NCBI GenBank assembly: GCA_006218065.1
Contig: VBWE01000014.1
Coordinates: 1,618 to 65,617, forward strand
Reading direction: 5' to 3'
Origin: Bacteroidota bacterium
GTDB taxonomy: Bacteria > Bacteroidota > Bacteroidia > Palsa-965
DNA length: 64,000 bases
The notes beneath the pieces are model-generated. The model was not told the origin of the DNA and did not search any database. It saw only the letters and a program-made list of their open reading frames with translations. Shown in pieces: positions 38,470-47,816 of this stretch; position 1 is the first letter of the stretch, and each line of letters begins with the position of its first letter. The translations under genes and the position numbers were made by a program.

Positions 38470-38727
38470 ATGAAAACATTTTTTTTCCTGTTCCTGAATG
38501 TTTTGATCATTGGCTTGTTCCTGTTTTCAAAATTATTGCCTTACAAGGACAAGCTCGGTAAACAGTACGCAGGAATATTCCGGTTCTTCCAGGCCATTTT
38601 CGACCCGGTGCTCAACTTCATGCGGAAGTTGTTCAAACCGGCGCAGGTAGGGCAGGGACTGGCGGTGGATATGGCGCAGATCATTTTACTGGTGCTGCTT
38701 TTAATCCTGCTGAATTTTTGCAGATGA
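38470..38727 (+). CDS. Small two-TM membrane protein (85 aa), possibly YggT-like.
   Basis: The ORF has two hydrophobic helices. Confidence 0.4.
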   Translation: MKTFFFLFLNVLIIGLFLFSKLLPYKDKLGKQYAGIFRFFQAIFDPVLNFMRKLFKPAQVGQGLAVDMAQIILLVLLLILLNFCR

Positions 38728-38734
38728 AAAAAAA

Positions 38735-38815
38735 TCCGAATGGCGAATGCCGAACTCCGAATGTTGAATTGCGAATTTTGCATTCGGCATTCGACATTCG
38801 GAGTTCGAAATTCAA
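38735..38815. repeat. Nested palindrome and hairpin (CGAACTCCGAATG…CATTCGGAGTTCG, with GAATGCCGA…TCGGCATTC inside).
   Basis: It is visible in the sequence. It is related to the GAATGCCGA repeats at 165-215. Confidence 0.6.
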
Positions 38816-38850
38816 AAAACGTTCTTCTGTTTAACAAGACATAAAAACCC

Positions 38851-39903
38851 ATGAGAAGACTACCCATTTATTTCCTGATCGACATCTCCGAATCGATGGT
38901 GGGCGAACCCATCCAGATGGTGGAAGAAGGTCTTGCCACGATCATCAAGGCGCTGAAAGAAGATCCCTATGCACTCGAAACGGTGCATGTATCCATCATC
39001 GTTTTTGCCGGCCAGCCGAAAACGCTGGTTCCGCTGCAGGAGATCATCAACTTCTACCCGCCGCGTTTCCCCATCGGCGGCGGTACTTCGCTGGGCAACG
39101 GGCTCGGGCACCTTATGTACGAACTGCGGAAAAATACGATCATGACCACGCTCGAACAAAAAGGCGACTGGAAACCGATCGTATTCCTGTTTACCGACGG
39201 CGTTCCGACGGATGATTCGTCGACCGCGATCGCGGAATGGAAAAAGAATTGGGCCAGCAAAGCCAGCATGGTTGCCGTTTCTTTCGGAAGTGAAACCGAC
39301 CTGGCCCTGCTCAAGGAACTTACCGATACCACGTTCATGTTCAAGAATACGAACGTGAACCAGTACAAGGAATTTTTCAAATGGGTTACCGCTTCCATCC
39401 GCACCAGCAGTCTGAGCGTGGAAAACAACGGTTCCGGTTTCGAACTGGCCAAGCCCGACGACGCTGTGATCGCGAAAGTGGACCATGTGGAGAACCATAA
39501 GCCCAAACAGTTTGTTGATACCAACTACGCGGTCTTCGTGGCCAAATGCCAGAACACGAAAAAACCGTACCTGATGAAATACAAACGTATGGTTCGTCCC
39601 ACGACGGTCGGCGGAATGGAGATGAACAGCCTGGTGTACCGCCTCAACGGCGCGTTCATCATCGACGATCTGTATTTCGAATTGTCGGACAACAACGCAG
39701 TGAACAATAAAATCAGCACCGACGAGATGGAAGGATTTCCGACCTGCCCTTCGTGCGGAAACCAGTACGGTTTCAGCGTGTGCAGCTGCGGCAAAATGCA
39801 CTGCGTGGGCAATGAAGAAACAAGCACCTGCCCGTGGTGCGGAAACCAGGGCAAATACGGATTCGGCGAAGGCCGCATGGACATTAATACCACGCAGGGT
39901 TAA
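38851..39903 (+). CDS. TerY-type vWA domain protein with a C-terminal Cys-rich zinc-ribbon module.
   Basis: MRRLPIYFLIDISESM is a MIDAS motif. The C-terminal CPSCGNQYGFSVCSCGKMHCVGNEETSTCPWCGN is a zinc ribbon. The TAATG overlap couples it to the downstream phosphatase gene. Confidence 0.85.
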   Translation: MRRLPIYFLIDISESMVGEPIQMVEEGLATIIKALKEDPYALETVHVSIIVFAGQPKTLVPLQEIINFYPPRFPIGGGTSLGNGLGHLMYELRKNTIMTTLEQKGDWKPIVFLFTDGVPTDDSSTAIAEWKKNWASKASMVAVSFGSETDLALLKELTDTTFMFKNTNVNQYKEFFKWVTASIRTSSLSVENNGSGFELAKPDDAVIAKVDHVENHKPKQFVDTNYAVFVAKCQNTKKPYLMKYKRMVRPTTVGGMEMNSLVYRLNGAFIIDDLYFELSDNNAVNNKISTDEMEGFPTCPSCGNQYGFSVCSCGKMHCVGNEETSTCPWCGNQGKYGFGEGRMDINTTQG

Positions 39904-41318
39904 TGGAACGCGACCTCCGGAAAGATTATATCAAGAGATTACTGGCTTCGAAGCGGATGGAAATTCCGCAGAAGCAGGCGGATTTTTTCGACCGTTTTGT
40001 CGATGATGCCGAAATACTGAACCATTATCAAAGCATAAATAACGCTGCACGAAATATCATGGACACCTGGAAAGAACGCTCGGTCATCGAAGATATCCGT
40101 ACCAAGCATATTCAACTGCCGAATGCGACCGTAGGCAAACCCTACAGTTTCGAATTTTCCCTGGCGAAAATGGGACTGCAGCACATAGAAGAATTCGAGA
40201 TCGACGGTTTTTCGGAACTCGGCCTGAACTTCGATAAAGCCACCGGCATCTTATCCGGCGCGCCCGGGATGAAAGGCGAACATAAAATCAAGTTCCGTTA
40301 TAAACTCGACTTCGGCGCAGAGGAGAGGTCTTTCCATGAAAAGGAACTGACCTTCGTAGTGAATCCCGATCCGAAATCGCTCTGGCAGAATTTACCTTCG
40401 GACAAAGAAGACAAATTCTGGAAAGAAGACAATACTTCGGCGAAGTATGAAATCGCCGGCCGTCATCTCGTGGTGGGTTCCAAGCGGGGCCGCAGCCATG
40501 CGCACGAAGGAAAATTCCGCGACGACGAATATGATTTCTTTTTTGACGAATCGACCGGTTTCGGCGTGATCGTGGTTTCCGACGGGGCCGGCAGTGCGAA
40601 ATATTCGCGGAAAGGTTCGCTGATCGCCTGCGAAAGTGTGGTCGAATATTTTTCGAAAGAAATTCCAGCCGAAGAATACGCCGCGCTCGATGCGACGATT
40701 ATTTCGCATCACCAGGCCAAAACAGACGAAAGTTCGAAAACGCTGCGCGAGTTCCTGGTCAGCCGTCTCGCGAAAGCGGCTTTTTACGCTCACCAGAAAA
40801 TCAAAACCTGTGCGGACGAAAACGAATCCGCCCTGCGGGATTTTTCCGCCACCTTACTGTATTCATTGGTCCGGAAATATGATTTCGGTTATTGCATCAT
40901 GTCTTTCGGCATCGGCGACGGCGGCATCGGTATTTACGACAAGGAGAAAGGCGAATCGCACCTGCTCACCACGCCCGACGGCGGCGAGTTTGCGGGGCAG
41001 ACGCGTTTCGTGACGATGCCCGACATTTTTACGAGCGAAGGATTCTACAACCGGGTTTCGTTTAAGATCGTGGACAATTTCACGGCGCTCGTGCTGATGT
41101 CCGACGGCATTACCGATCCGAAATTCCAGACCGACGCCAACCTCGGCCGCGTGGAAAAATGGGCGGAACTCTGGGAAGATCTCGGCGGAAAAAATGCGGA
41201 CAACGCAACAGTCAAATTCGATCCTGCCAATGAAAATATCGAAGCGGAACTGCTGGACTGGATGGATTTCTGGTCACCCGGGAACCACGACGACAGGACG
41301 ATCGCCATACTGTATTGA
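39903..41318 (+). CDS. PP2C-family Ser/Thr phosphatase with an N-terminal extension domain.
   Basis: GVIVVSDGAGSA is PP2C motif 1/2 and LVLMSDGITD is the C-terminal metal-binding motif. Confidence 0.75.
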   Translation: MERDLRKDYIKRLLASKRMEIPQKQADFFDRFVDDAEILNHYQSINNAARNIMDTWKERSVIEDIRTKHIQLPNATVGKPYSFEFSLAKMGLQHIEEFEIDGFSELGLNFDKATGILSGAPGMKGEHKIKFRYKLDFGAEERSFHEKELTFVVNPDPKSLWQNLPSDKEDKFWKEDNTSAKYEIAGRHLVVGSKRGRSHAHEGKFRDDEYDFFFDESTGFGVIVVSDGAGSAKYSRKGSLIACESVVEYFSKEIPAEEYAALDATIISHHQAKTDESSKTLREFLVSRLAKAAFYAHQKIKTCADENESALRDFSATLLYSLVRKYDFGYCIMSFGIGDGGIGIYDKEKGESHLLTTPDGGEFAGQTRFVTMPDIFTSEGFYNRVSFKIVDNFTALVLMSDGITDPKFQTDANLGRVEKWAELWEDLGGKNADNATVKFDPANENIEAELLDWMDFWSPGNHDDRTIAILY

Positions 41319-41382
41319 TTAAATTCCGAATTCGTACATTCGTAAGGATTTGTAATTCGCAGCCCCGAAGGAAAACAATCTT

Positions 41383-42912
41383 ATGTCAAACACGATCACC
41401 ATCAAAGCGCTCGACGGAAGCACCGTTCAGTATGTCGACAACGGCTCGCCGATGCAGGGCGGGCTGAAGGATGTGTATTTCAGTCCCGATAAAAGTTACG
41501 TGGTCGCTTTTTTCCGCGACAAGCTCAAGCCGGTGGAATATACGCAGACCAAAGAGCGCCTGATCATGATCGCCAACACGTTCCGGGAACGGATTTTCAA
41601 CCAGGCAGGCGGCGAGTACTGGAAAGACCTGTACTGCTGGCCGACCAAAGTGGTTGAATATAACGGCAGGCTCGGTGTGGTTGCGCCGGTTTACCAGAAG
41701 CATTTCTTTTTCGCCACCGGGTATAACCAGAACGCTGCGCAGATCGCGAGTATCAGGGGAAAAGAAAAAGAAGGCAAGTGGTTCGCCGCGCCGCAGTTCC
41801 GCAACGCGAATTTCAAACTGCATCTCGATAAAAAAGAACTCGGCGACTGGTTTAAATATTTCCTGGTCTGCATTCGTATCAGCCGCGCGGTGCGCCGTAT
41901 GCATGCCGCCGGTCTCGCGCATTCCGACCTCTCGTATAAAAACGTACTCATCGATCCCACCACCGGCAACGCGGCCATCATCGATATCGACGGGCTCGTG
42001 GTCCCGGGCAAGTTTCCGCCCGACGTGATCGGTACGCCCGATTTTATCGCGCCCGAAGTCATGGCTACGAAAAGCCTCGGGAAAACCGATCCGAACCGGA
42101 AACTGCCGAGTATCCAGACCGACCGGCACGCGCTGGCCGTGATGATCTATATGTACCTGCTTTATCGTCACCCGCTGCGTGGCGGCAAAGTGCACGATCT
42201 CGATCCGCAGAAAGATGAAGAACTGTCCATGGGCTCGAAAGCCCTGTTCGTGGAGCATCCGACCGACGCCGCGAACCGGCCGAAACTGAAACACGTCAAA
42301 GCGACGCACCTGCCCTGGGCCGACGTAACGAAATTGCCATACACCATCACCGGGCCGTACCTGAAACAACTTTTCGACAAAGCGTTTATCGACGGATTGC
42401 AGCACCCGATGCAGCGGCCGACAGCCGACGAGTGGGAGCAGGCGCTGATCAAAACGGTGGACCTGATGCAGCCCTGCCAGAACCCGCGCTGCGACCAGAA
42501 ATGGTTCGTGTTCGACAATTCCACCACGCCTATCTGCCCGTTCTGCAACACACCTTATAAAGGCCAGCTGCCGATCCTCAACCTCTACTGGCAGCGTTCC
42601 CCGGGAAAATGGGTGGAAGAAAAACACCGCCTGATGGTTTATAATAACCAGTACATTTACCAGTGGCACATCAACCGGACGATTTCGCCGAACGAACGAC
42701 TTTCGGCCGAACAGAAAAAACCGGTCGGTTATTTCGTGATGCACGGCGGAAAATGGATGCTCGTGAATCAAACCATGAACAGCCTGAAAGACGTAACGGA
42801 GAATAAAGAAATTCCCATCGGCCAGATGATCGAACTTACCGACGGTAAACAGATTCTTTTATCGAATGCCGATGGCGGAAGACTCGTCATCGTTCAACTT
42901 GTAAACAACTAA
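41383..42912 (+). CDS. Eukaryotic-like Ser/Thr protein kinase with a C-terminal Cys-rich region.
   Basis: HSDLSYKNVLID is the catalytic loop HxDxxxxN, IDIDGL the DFG equivalent and GTPDFIAPE the APE motif. The C-terminal CQNPRCDQ…CPFCN is Cys-rich. Confidence 0.8.
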   Translation: MSNTITIKALDGSTVQYVDNGSPMQGGLKDVYFSPDKSYVVAFFRDKLKPVEYTQTKERLIMIANTFRERIFNQAGGEYWKDLYCWPTKVVEYNGRLGVVAPVYQKHFFFATGYNQNAAQIASIRGKEKEGKWFAAPQFRNANFKLHLDKKELGDWFKYFLVCIRISRAVRRMHAAGLAHSDLSYKNVLIDPTTGNAAIIDIDGLVVPGKFPPDVIGTPDFIAPEVMATKSLGKTDPNRKLPSIQTDRHALAVMIYMYLLYRHPLRGGKVHDLDPQKDEELSMGSKALFVEHPTDAANRPKLKHVKATHLPWADVTKLPYTITGPYLKQLFDKAFIDGLQHPMQRPTADEWEQALIKTVDLMQPCQNPRCDQKWFVFDNSTTPICPFCNTPYKGQLPILNLYWQRSPGKWVEEKHRLMVYNNQYIYQWHINRTISPNERLSAEQKKPVGYFVMHGGKWMLVNQTMNSLKDVTENKEIPIGQMIELTDGKQILLSNADGGRLVIVQLVNN

Positions 42913-42933
42913 AACAAAATACAGGTATCCCTT

Positions 42934-43746
42934 ATGGATCAACTGCAAATTTACATCGACCAGATTATTCAAAACCCGCTTGCAGCGCTGGCTGTGATCG
43001 GTAACCTGATTGTTATCGAGAGCCTGCTTTCCGTGGACAACGCGGCCGTACTGGCCACGATGGTTATGGATTTACCCAAAGAGCAACGTGCCAAGGCCCT
43101 TCGTTACGGGATTATCGGCGCTTACGTTTTCCGCGGACTCTGTCTTTTGTTTGCCGCTTACCTGATCACGATCTGGTGGCTGAAGCCGCTCGGCGGATTA
43201 TACCTGCTGTATCTCGTTTTCGATTATTTCAAGGGTAAAATGACGCCGGATAAAGAAGAAGACGTGCTCGAAAAACAATCGCACTGGATGTACCGCGCCA
43301 CGATCGGCTGGATGGGCCAGTTCTGGGCTACGGTAGCGCTCGTGGAAATTATGGACCTGGCGTTTTCCATCGACAACGTATTCGCCGCGGTGGCTTTCAG
43401 TGAAAACCTGGTCCTGATCTGGGTCGGCGTGTTCATCGGTATTCTCGCGATGCGTTTCGTTGCGCAGGGATTCGTAAAATTGATGGAACGTTACAAGTTC
43501 CTGGAAACGGCAGCGTTCGTGGTTATCGCCGTGCTGGGCATCAAGCTCATGCTCTCGCTGCTTGAACATTTTTACCCGGATCACGCGTTCAGCAAATTTC
43601 TCGGAAGTCACGCCGCCGACTGGGGTGTGTCGATCATTACTGTTTCCATCTTCTTCATTCCGATCATCACCAGCACCTTGTTCAATTTCCCGAAACGCGG
43701 CGTGCCGGGAGAGAGCGAGGAAAGTAAAGAGGAAGAGAGTAAGTAG
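42934..43746 (+). CDS. TerC-family integral membrane protein.
   Basis: The 270 aa product has about 7 TM helices and the typical TerC pattern (…SVDNAAVLATMV… / …SIDNVFAAVAF…). Confidence 0.85.
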   Translation: MDQLQIYIDQIIQNPLAALAVIGNLIVIESLLSVDNAAVLATMVMDLPKEQRAKALRYGIIGAYVFRGLCLLFAAYLITIWWLKPLGGLYLLYLVFDYFKGKMTPDKEEDVLEKQSHWMYRATIGWMGQFWATVALVEIMDLAFSIDNVFAAVAFSENLVLIWVGVFIGILAMRFVAQGFVKLMERYKFLETAAFVVIAVLGIKLMLSLLEHFYPDHAFSKFLGSHAADWGVSIITVSIFFIPIITSTLFNFPKRGVPGESEESKEEESK

Positions 43747-43840
43747 TCATGCCTCGACTACCGCCCGGCATGACAAGTGTGTTGAATATAGTTGTACCGC
43801 CTGTCGCTCGAACGGACAAGTCTGTTGAAAATAGTTGTAC

Positions 43841-43885
43841 CGCCTGCCAGCCTCCTCCGCCTCAGGCGGAGGAGGCTGGCAGGCG
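43841..43885 (+). terminator. Perfect 21 bp-stem palindrome downstream of the TerC gene.
   Basis: CGCCTGCCAGCCTCCTCCGCC-TCA-GGCGGAGGAGGCTGGCAGGCG. Confidence 0.6.
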
Positions 43886-43950
43886 CTCGTAAAAGTTGCC
43901 GAAAAAATCCCCGCAGAAAAAACGGCAAAAGAAAACACCAATTTCCTATG

Positions 43951-43993
43951 CCGAACCAATTCCCCTCTCTGCCGGAGAGGGGTTGGGGTGAGG
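43951..43993. terminator. 43 bp element containing the hairpin CCCCTCTC-TGCCG-GAGAGGGG. It is identical to 2327-2369, and both copies lie immediately 3' of minus-strand genes.
   Basis: The two copies are exact duplicates in the sequence. Confidence 0.6.
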
Positions 43994-44015
43994 TCTGGAA
44001 AACAGACCGGATAAC

Positions 44016-45731
44016 TTACAAAGGTTTGATATCCTTTATACTCAACTGCACGCTGACGTTTCCGTTGAAGTCGTTTTCTTCGATGGCGTAGCACATGTCG
44101 AAGGGTTTTTGCTGGGAAAGCGCGAGGTAATGGTCGCCGAGACCGAAACCGATGGCGGGGAAAATGCGCGTGGGTTGCGCGGGATCGACGATATCCATTT
44201 TCAGGTGATTGACGCCTACGATGCGCAGCCAGCCGCGGTCGCGGACATCGCTGGCGAGGAAAACGGGATTCATATTCCCCGGTCCGAAGGGCGCGAACTG
44301 TTTCAGTATCCGCAGGAGTTTTCCGTCGATATCGTTCAGGCTGAGCGTTGCGTCTATTTCCACTTCGGGCGTGAGCATGTCGGGCGTGATGCGGCGGCTG
44401 ACTTCTTCTTCGAAACGTTCGCGGAATTTTTCCACGTTTTCTTTTTTCAGCGTGAGTCCTGCCGCATATTTATGCCCGCCGAACTGCTCGAGCAAACCGT
44501 TGCAGGCTTCGATGGCTTCGTACACGTCGAAATCTTTTACTGAGCGCGCCGAGCCGGTTACCATGCCGTTTGCTTCGGCGAGTACGATGGTGGGCCGGTA
44601 GTACTTCTCGATCAGCCGCGAAGCCACGATACCGACTACGCCTTTATGCCACTGCGGCTGGAAGAGTACGGTGCTTTTCCGTTGTGCCGCCAGCGGATCG
44701 GCCGCCATCATGTCGAGGGCCTGTTGCGTAATCAGCATGTCGAGGTCTTTGCGGTCGGCGTTGTTTTTGTTCAGTTTTTCAGCGCAGGCTTCGGCTGTTT
44801 TTTCGTCCGGCGCGGTGAGCAGTTCCACCGCCAGCTTGCCGTGTTCGATCCGCCCGGCAGCATTGATCCGCGGGGCGATCGTAAATACCAGGTCGCTCAC
44901 GGTAAATTCGCGTTTCAACGCAGCCATGCGGACCAGGGTTTTTAATCCTTCGCGCGGAGAAGTGTTGATCTCTTTCAGCCCGGCATACATCAGCGCGCGG
45001 TTCTCGCCCGTTACCGGTACAATATCGGCGGCAATACTCACGGCTACGAGATCGAGCAGCGGAAGCAGTTTTTCAAAATCGATTTTCCTTTTCTGCGCAT
45101 AAGCCTGCACCAGTTTGAAACCGATGCCGCAACCCGTAAGTTCATCGTAAGGATAAGTACAATCGTCGCGTTTCGGATCGAGCACGGCCAGTGCGGGCGG
45201 CAGTTCCGGTCCCGGGCGATGGTGGTCGCAGATGATAAAATCAATTCCTTTTTCCCCGGCGTAACGTACTTTTTCCACCGCCTTGATGCCGCAGTCGAGC
45301 GCGATGATGAGTCCGAATTTATTTTCCGCCGCAAAATCGATCCCGGCGTACGAAATGCCGTAGCCTTCTTTATAACGGTCGGGAATATAAAAACCGCATT
45401 CCGCGCCCAGCGCTTTTATAAAGGAGTAGACGAGCGCCACGGCAGTTGTACCGTCCACATCGTAATCGCCGTAAACCAGGATTTTTTCTTCGTTTTCGAT
45501 GGCGTGTTCAATGCGGTCGACCGCTTTGTCCATATCGCGCATCAGGTAGGGATCGTGCAGCTGGTCGAGCGAAGGGCGGAAAAAAATCCGCGCTTCTTCA
45601 AATGTTTTTACTCCCCGCAGCACCAGCAGGCGCGCGAGCAGCAGATGAATTCCCAACTCACTTGCGAGCTTTCGGACCAGTTCTTCGTCCGCACCCGTTT
45701 TTTGCTTCCAGCGCTTGATCATCATGAGCAA
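44016..45731 (-). CDS. recJ: Single-stranded-DNA-specific exonuclease RecJ.
   Basis: ILVYGDYDVDGTTAVALVY is DHH motif I, CDHH is the DHH motif, and there is a DHHA1 region. Confidence 0.9.
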   Translation of the reverse strand: MLMMIKRWKQKTGADEELVRKLASELGIHLLLARLLVLRGVKTFEEARIFFRPSLDQLHDPYLMRDMDKAVDRIEHAIENEEKILVYGDYDVDGTTAVALVYSFIKALGAECGFYIPDRYKEGYGISYAGIDFAAENKFGLIIALDCGIKAVEKVRYAGEKGIDFIICDHHRPGPELPPALAVLDPKRDDCTYPYDELTGCGIGFKLVQAYAQKRKIDFEKLLPLLDLVAVSIAADIVPVTGENRALMYAGLKEINTSPREGLKTLVRMAALKREFTVSDLVFTIAPRINAAGRIEHGKLAVELLTAPDEKTAEACAEKLNKNNADRKDLDMLITQQALDMMAADPLAAQRKSTVLFQPQWHKGVVGIVASRLIEKYYRPTIVLAEANGMVTGSARSVKDFDVYEAIEACNGLLEQFGGHKYAAGLTLKKENVEKFRERFEEEVSRRITPDMLTPEVEIDATLSLNDIDGKLLRILKQFAPFGPGNMNPVFLASDVRDRGWLRIVGVNHLKMDIVDPAQPTRIFPAIGFGLGDHYLALSQQKPFDMCYAIEENDFNGNVSVQLSIKDIKPL

Positions 45732-46096
45732 AAGTACATATTAAAAATGCCGTGCCGGTTGCGGAAAATCCCTCCCAGGGAAAAGATTTTTTGGAATAGT
45801 AAGTACTATATAGTATTATAATACAAGAGAGAAATATTTTTCAACAAGTGAGTTAGCTGAGTGCTTCGGCCGGAAGATAAGTGTCCCGGTACTCTTCGTG
45901 TTTCTTTGTGCCTTCGTGTCTTTGTGGCAAGAGCAACATAGGTCGCCAGGAGCAACCTCATAGAAATACAACATGATTATATTTGCTTATAATACGTCGC
46001 GCATGAAAAACCGGGATATGAAAACGTACGACGCCAAAGGTGCCTTGAAGAAGGCGCGGCAGTTTGCGTAAAAAATGCAATCTTAAAAAACAGGAT

Positions 46097-46459
46097 ATGA
46101 AAAACATAAGACCACTGGATTTAGAGAAATACCACGATTCCACGCATTATAAGCTGATCGAAGAAGGTATTTACCTGGATTTAAATGATTCGGAAGGAAC
46201 GAACCATAGATTCCCCGTTTCCGCGGAACTGGAAGATGGTGAGGACGGTCAATATCCGATCGAAGATATTTTGGACAAATTCTATTTGCATGTTTCTGAT
46301 TTTCTCGAATCTGAAAACCGCTCACAAAATCAATTAAAACTGGAATTAGCCGGTGAGTTGGAAGATATCCGGCAAGCAAAAATAATTTTGGGAAAAAGAG
46401 TCTGCAACAGGGAATTTATTAAAGATGGAAAGACGTACGTTGATTTGATAATTGAATAG
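46097..46459 (+). CDS. Small acidic hypothetical protein in an AT-rich patch.
   Basis: This is an ORF only. Local GC content drops sharply over 45780-46460. Confidence 0.4.
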   Translation: MKNIRPLDLEKYHDSTHYKLIEEGIYLDLNDSEGTNHRFPVSAELEDGEDGQYPIEDILDKFYLHVSDFLESENRSQNQLKLELAGELEDIRQAKIILGKRVCNREFIKDGKTYVDLIIE

Positions 46460-46480
46460 CTGTACACAACAACGGCTGAC

Positions 46481-47176
46481 ATGAAAAAAACCATCCTCAT
46501 CACCGGTTCCGGCAAAGGCATCGGTTTTGAAACCGCACGACAGCTCGGTTTGCTCGGGCACACCATCATCCTTTCGGGGCGTGATGAAAAACGTTTACAG
46601 CTTGCCGTTCGGAAACTGCAGAAGGAAAACATCGAAACGGTTTCGCTGCTCATGGACGTGAGCGATGAAAAAAGTATCCGGTCTGCCGCGAAAGAGCTCG
46701 GCAGGCGCAAGATTAAACCGGACGTACTCATCAACAACGCCGCGATCCTGGGTCGTGCGGATGAGTCGATCATCGGCGGCGATGAGGAACTTTTACTGCA
46801 AACGCTCACCACCAACAGCCTCGGCCCGCTGCGCGTGATCAAAGCGTTTCTTTCCCTGCTGAACAAACCGGCGCGCATCATCAATATCTCGAGCGGCGGC
46901 GGATCGATGAGCGACCCGGTGGCGGGCTGGGCGCCGGCGTACTGTGTTTCGAAAACCCTGCTGAACGCCATCACCCGGCAACTGGCGGAGGAATTAAAAA
47001 GCAAAAATATTATTGTGAACGCCGTTTGCCCCGGCTGGGTGCGCACCGATATGGGTGGCGCCGGGGCGCCGCGGGCAGTATCCAAAGGAGCCGAAACGCC
47101 CGTGTGGCTGGCTACCGAAGCGCCCTCCGGCCTGACCGGGAAATTTTTCCGCGACAAAAAAGAAATCGACTGGTAA
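46481..47176 (+). CDS. SDR-family oxidoreductase (carbonyl-reductase-like).
   Basis: ILITGSGKGIGFETA is the Rossmann motif, and there is a YCVSK-type catalytic YxxxK. Confidence 0.8.
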   Translation: MKKTILITGSGKGIGFETARQLGLLGHTIILSGRDEKRLQLAVRKLQKENIETVSLLMDVSDEKSIRSAAKELGRRKIKPDVLINNAAILGRADESIIGGDEELLLQTLTTNSLGPLRVIKAFLSLLNKPARIINISSGGGSMSDPVAGWAPAYCVSKTLLNAITRQLAEELKSKNIIVNAVCPGWVRTDMGGAGAPRAVSKGAETPVWLATEAPSGLTGKFFRDKKEIDW

Positions 47177-47288
47177 GCTTCTGAAGGAATCCTTCCGGCC
47201 GGGCGAATCATAAAAATTAACGGTTCCGCTTGTTGTTTTTAAAAACTTCGTACATTTGCGTAGTCAACTACATAGTTAACTACATAAA

Positions 47289-47816
47289 TTGAACAGCATG
47301 AACATTCTCGAAGAAATCGGTCCGCTGGCGGTCGCTGCGCGGCTTCAGCGCCTGGCCGACACCATCCGCAGAGATGGTACGGTGATCTATAAAAAACATG
47401 GTATCGATTTCGAACCGAAATGGTTCCCGGTGGTGTATGTGCTCAAACGCAAAGGTGCGCTCAGCGTGGTCGACCTGGCCGGGGAAGTGGGCCTCGCGCA
47501 TCCGTCCGTCATCCAACTGGTGAAAGAACTGGAAGCGAAAGAACTGGTGAAATCATCCAGCGATAAAGCCGACGGTCGCCGCCGTTTGCTCACGCTCACG
47601 CCCAAAGCGCAAAAACTGGTTACGAAAATGGAACCGGTCTGGGATAAGATCCGCGCAGCCGTTGCAGAAATGGTGAAAACCGAAAACAACCTGATGAAGG
47701 CGATCGCCGAAACGGAAGAGCAGCTGAAACGCGAAAATTTTTACATGCGCGTGATGCGGCAGGAGCAAAGGAAAAAATTCCAGAAACAACAGGCAGGTAA
47801 AATCATACAGTCATGA
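47289..47816 (+). CDS. MarR-family transcriptional regulator.
   Basis: The translation has a winged HTH (…LSVVDLAGEVGLAHPSVIQLVKELEAKELV…DGRRRLLTLTPKA). Confidence 0.75.
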   Translation: MNSMNILEEIGPLAVAARLQRLADTIRRDGTVIYKKHGIDFEPKWFPVVYVLKRKGALSVVDLAGEVGLAHPSVIQLVKELEAKELVKSSSDKADGRRRLLTLTPKAQKLVTKMEPVWDKIRAAVAEMVKTENNLMKAIAETEEQLKRENFYMRVMRQEQRKKFQKQQAGKIIQS

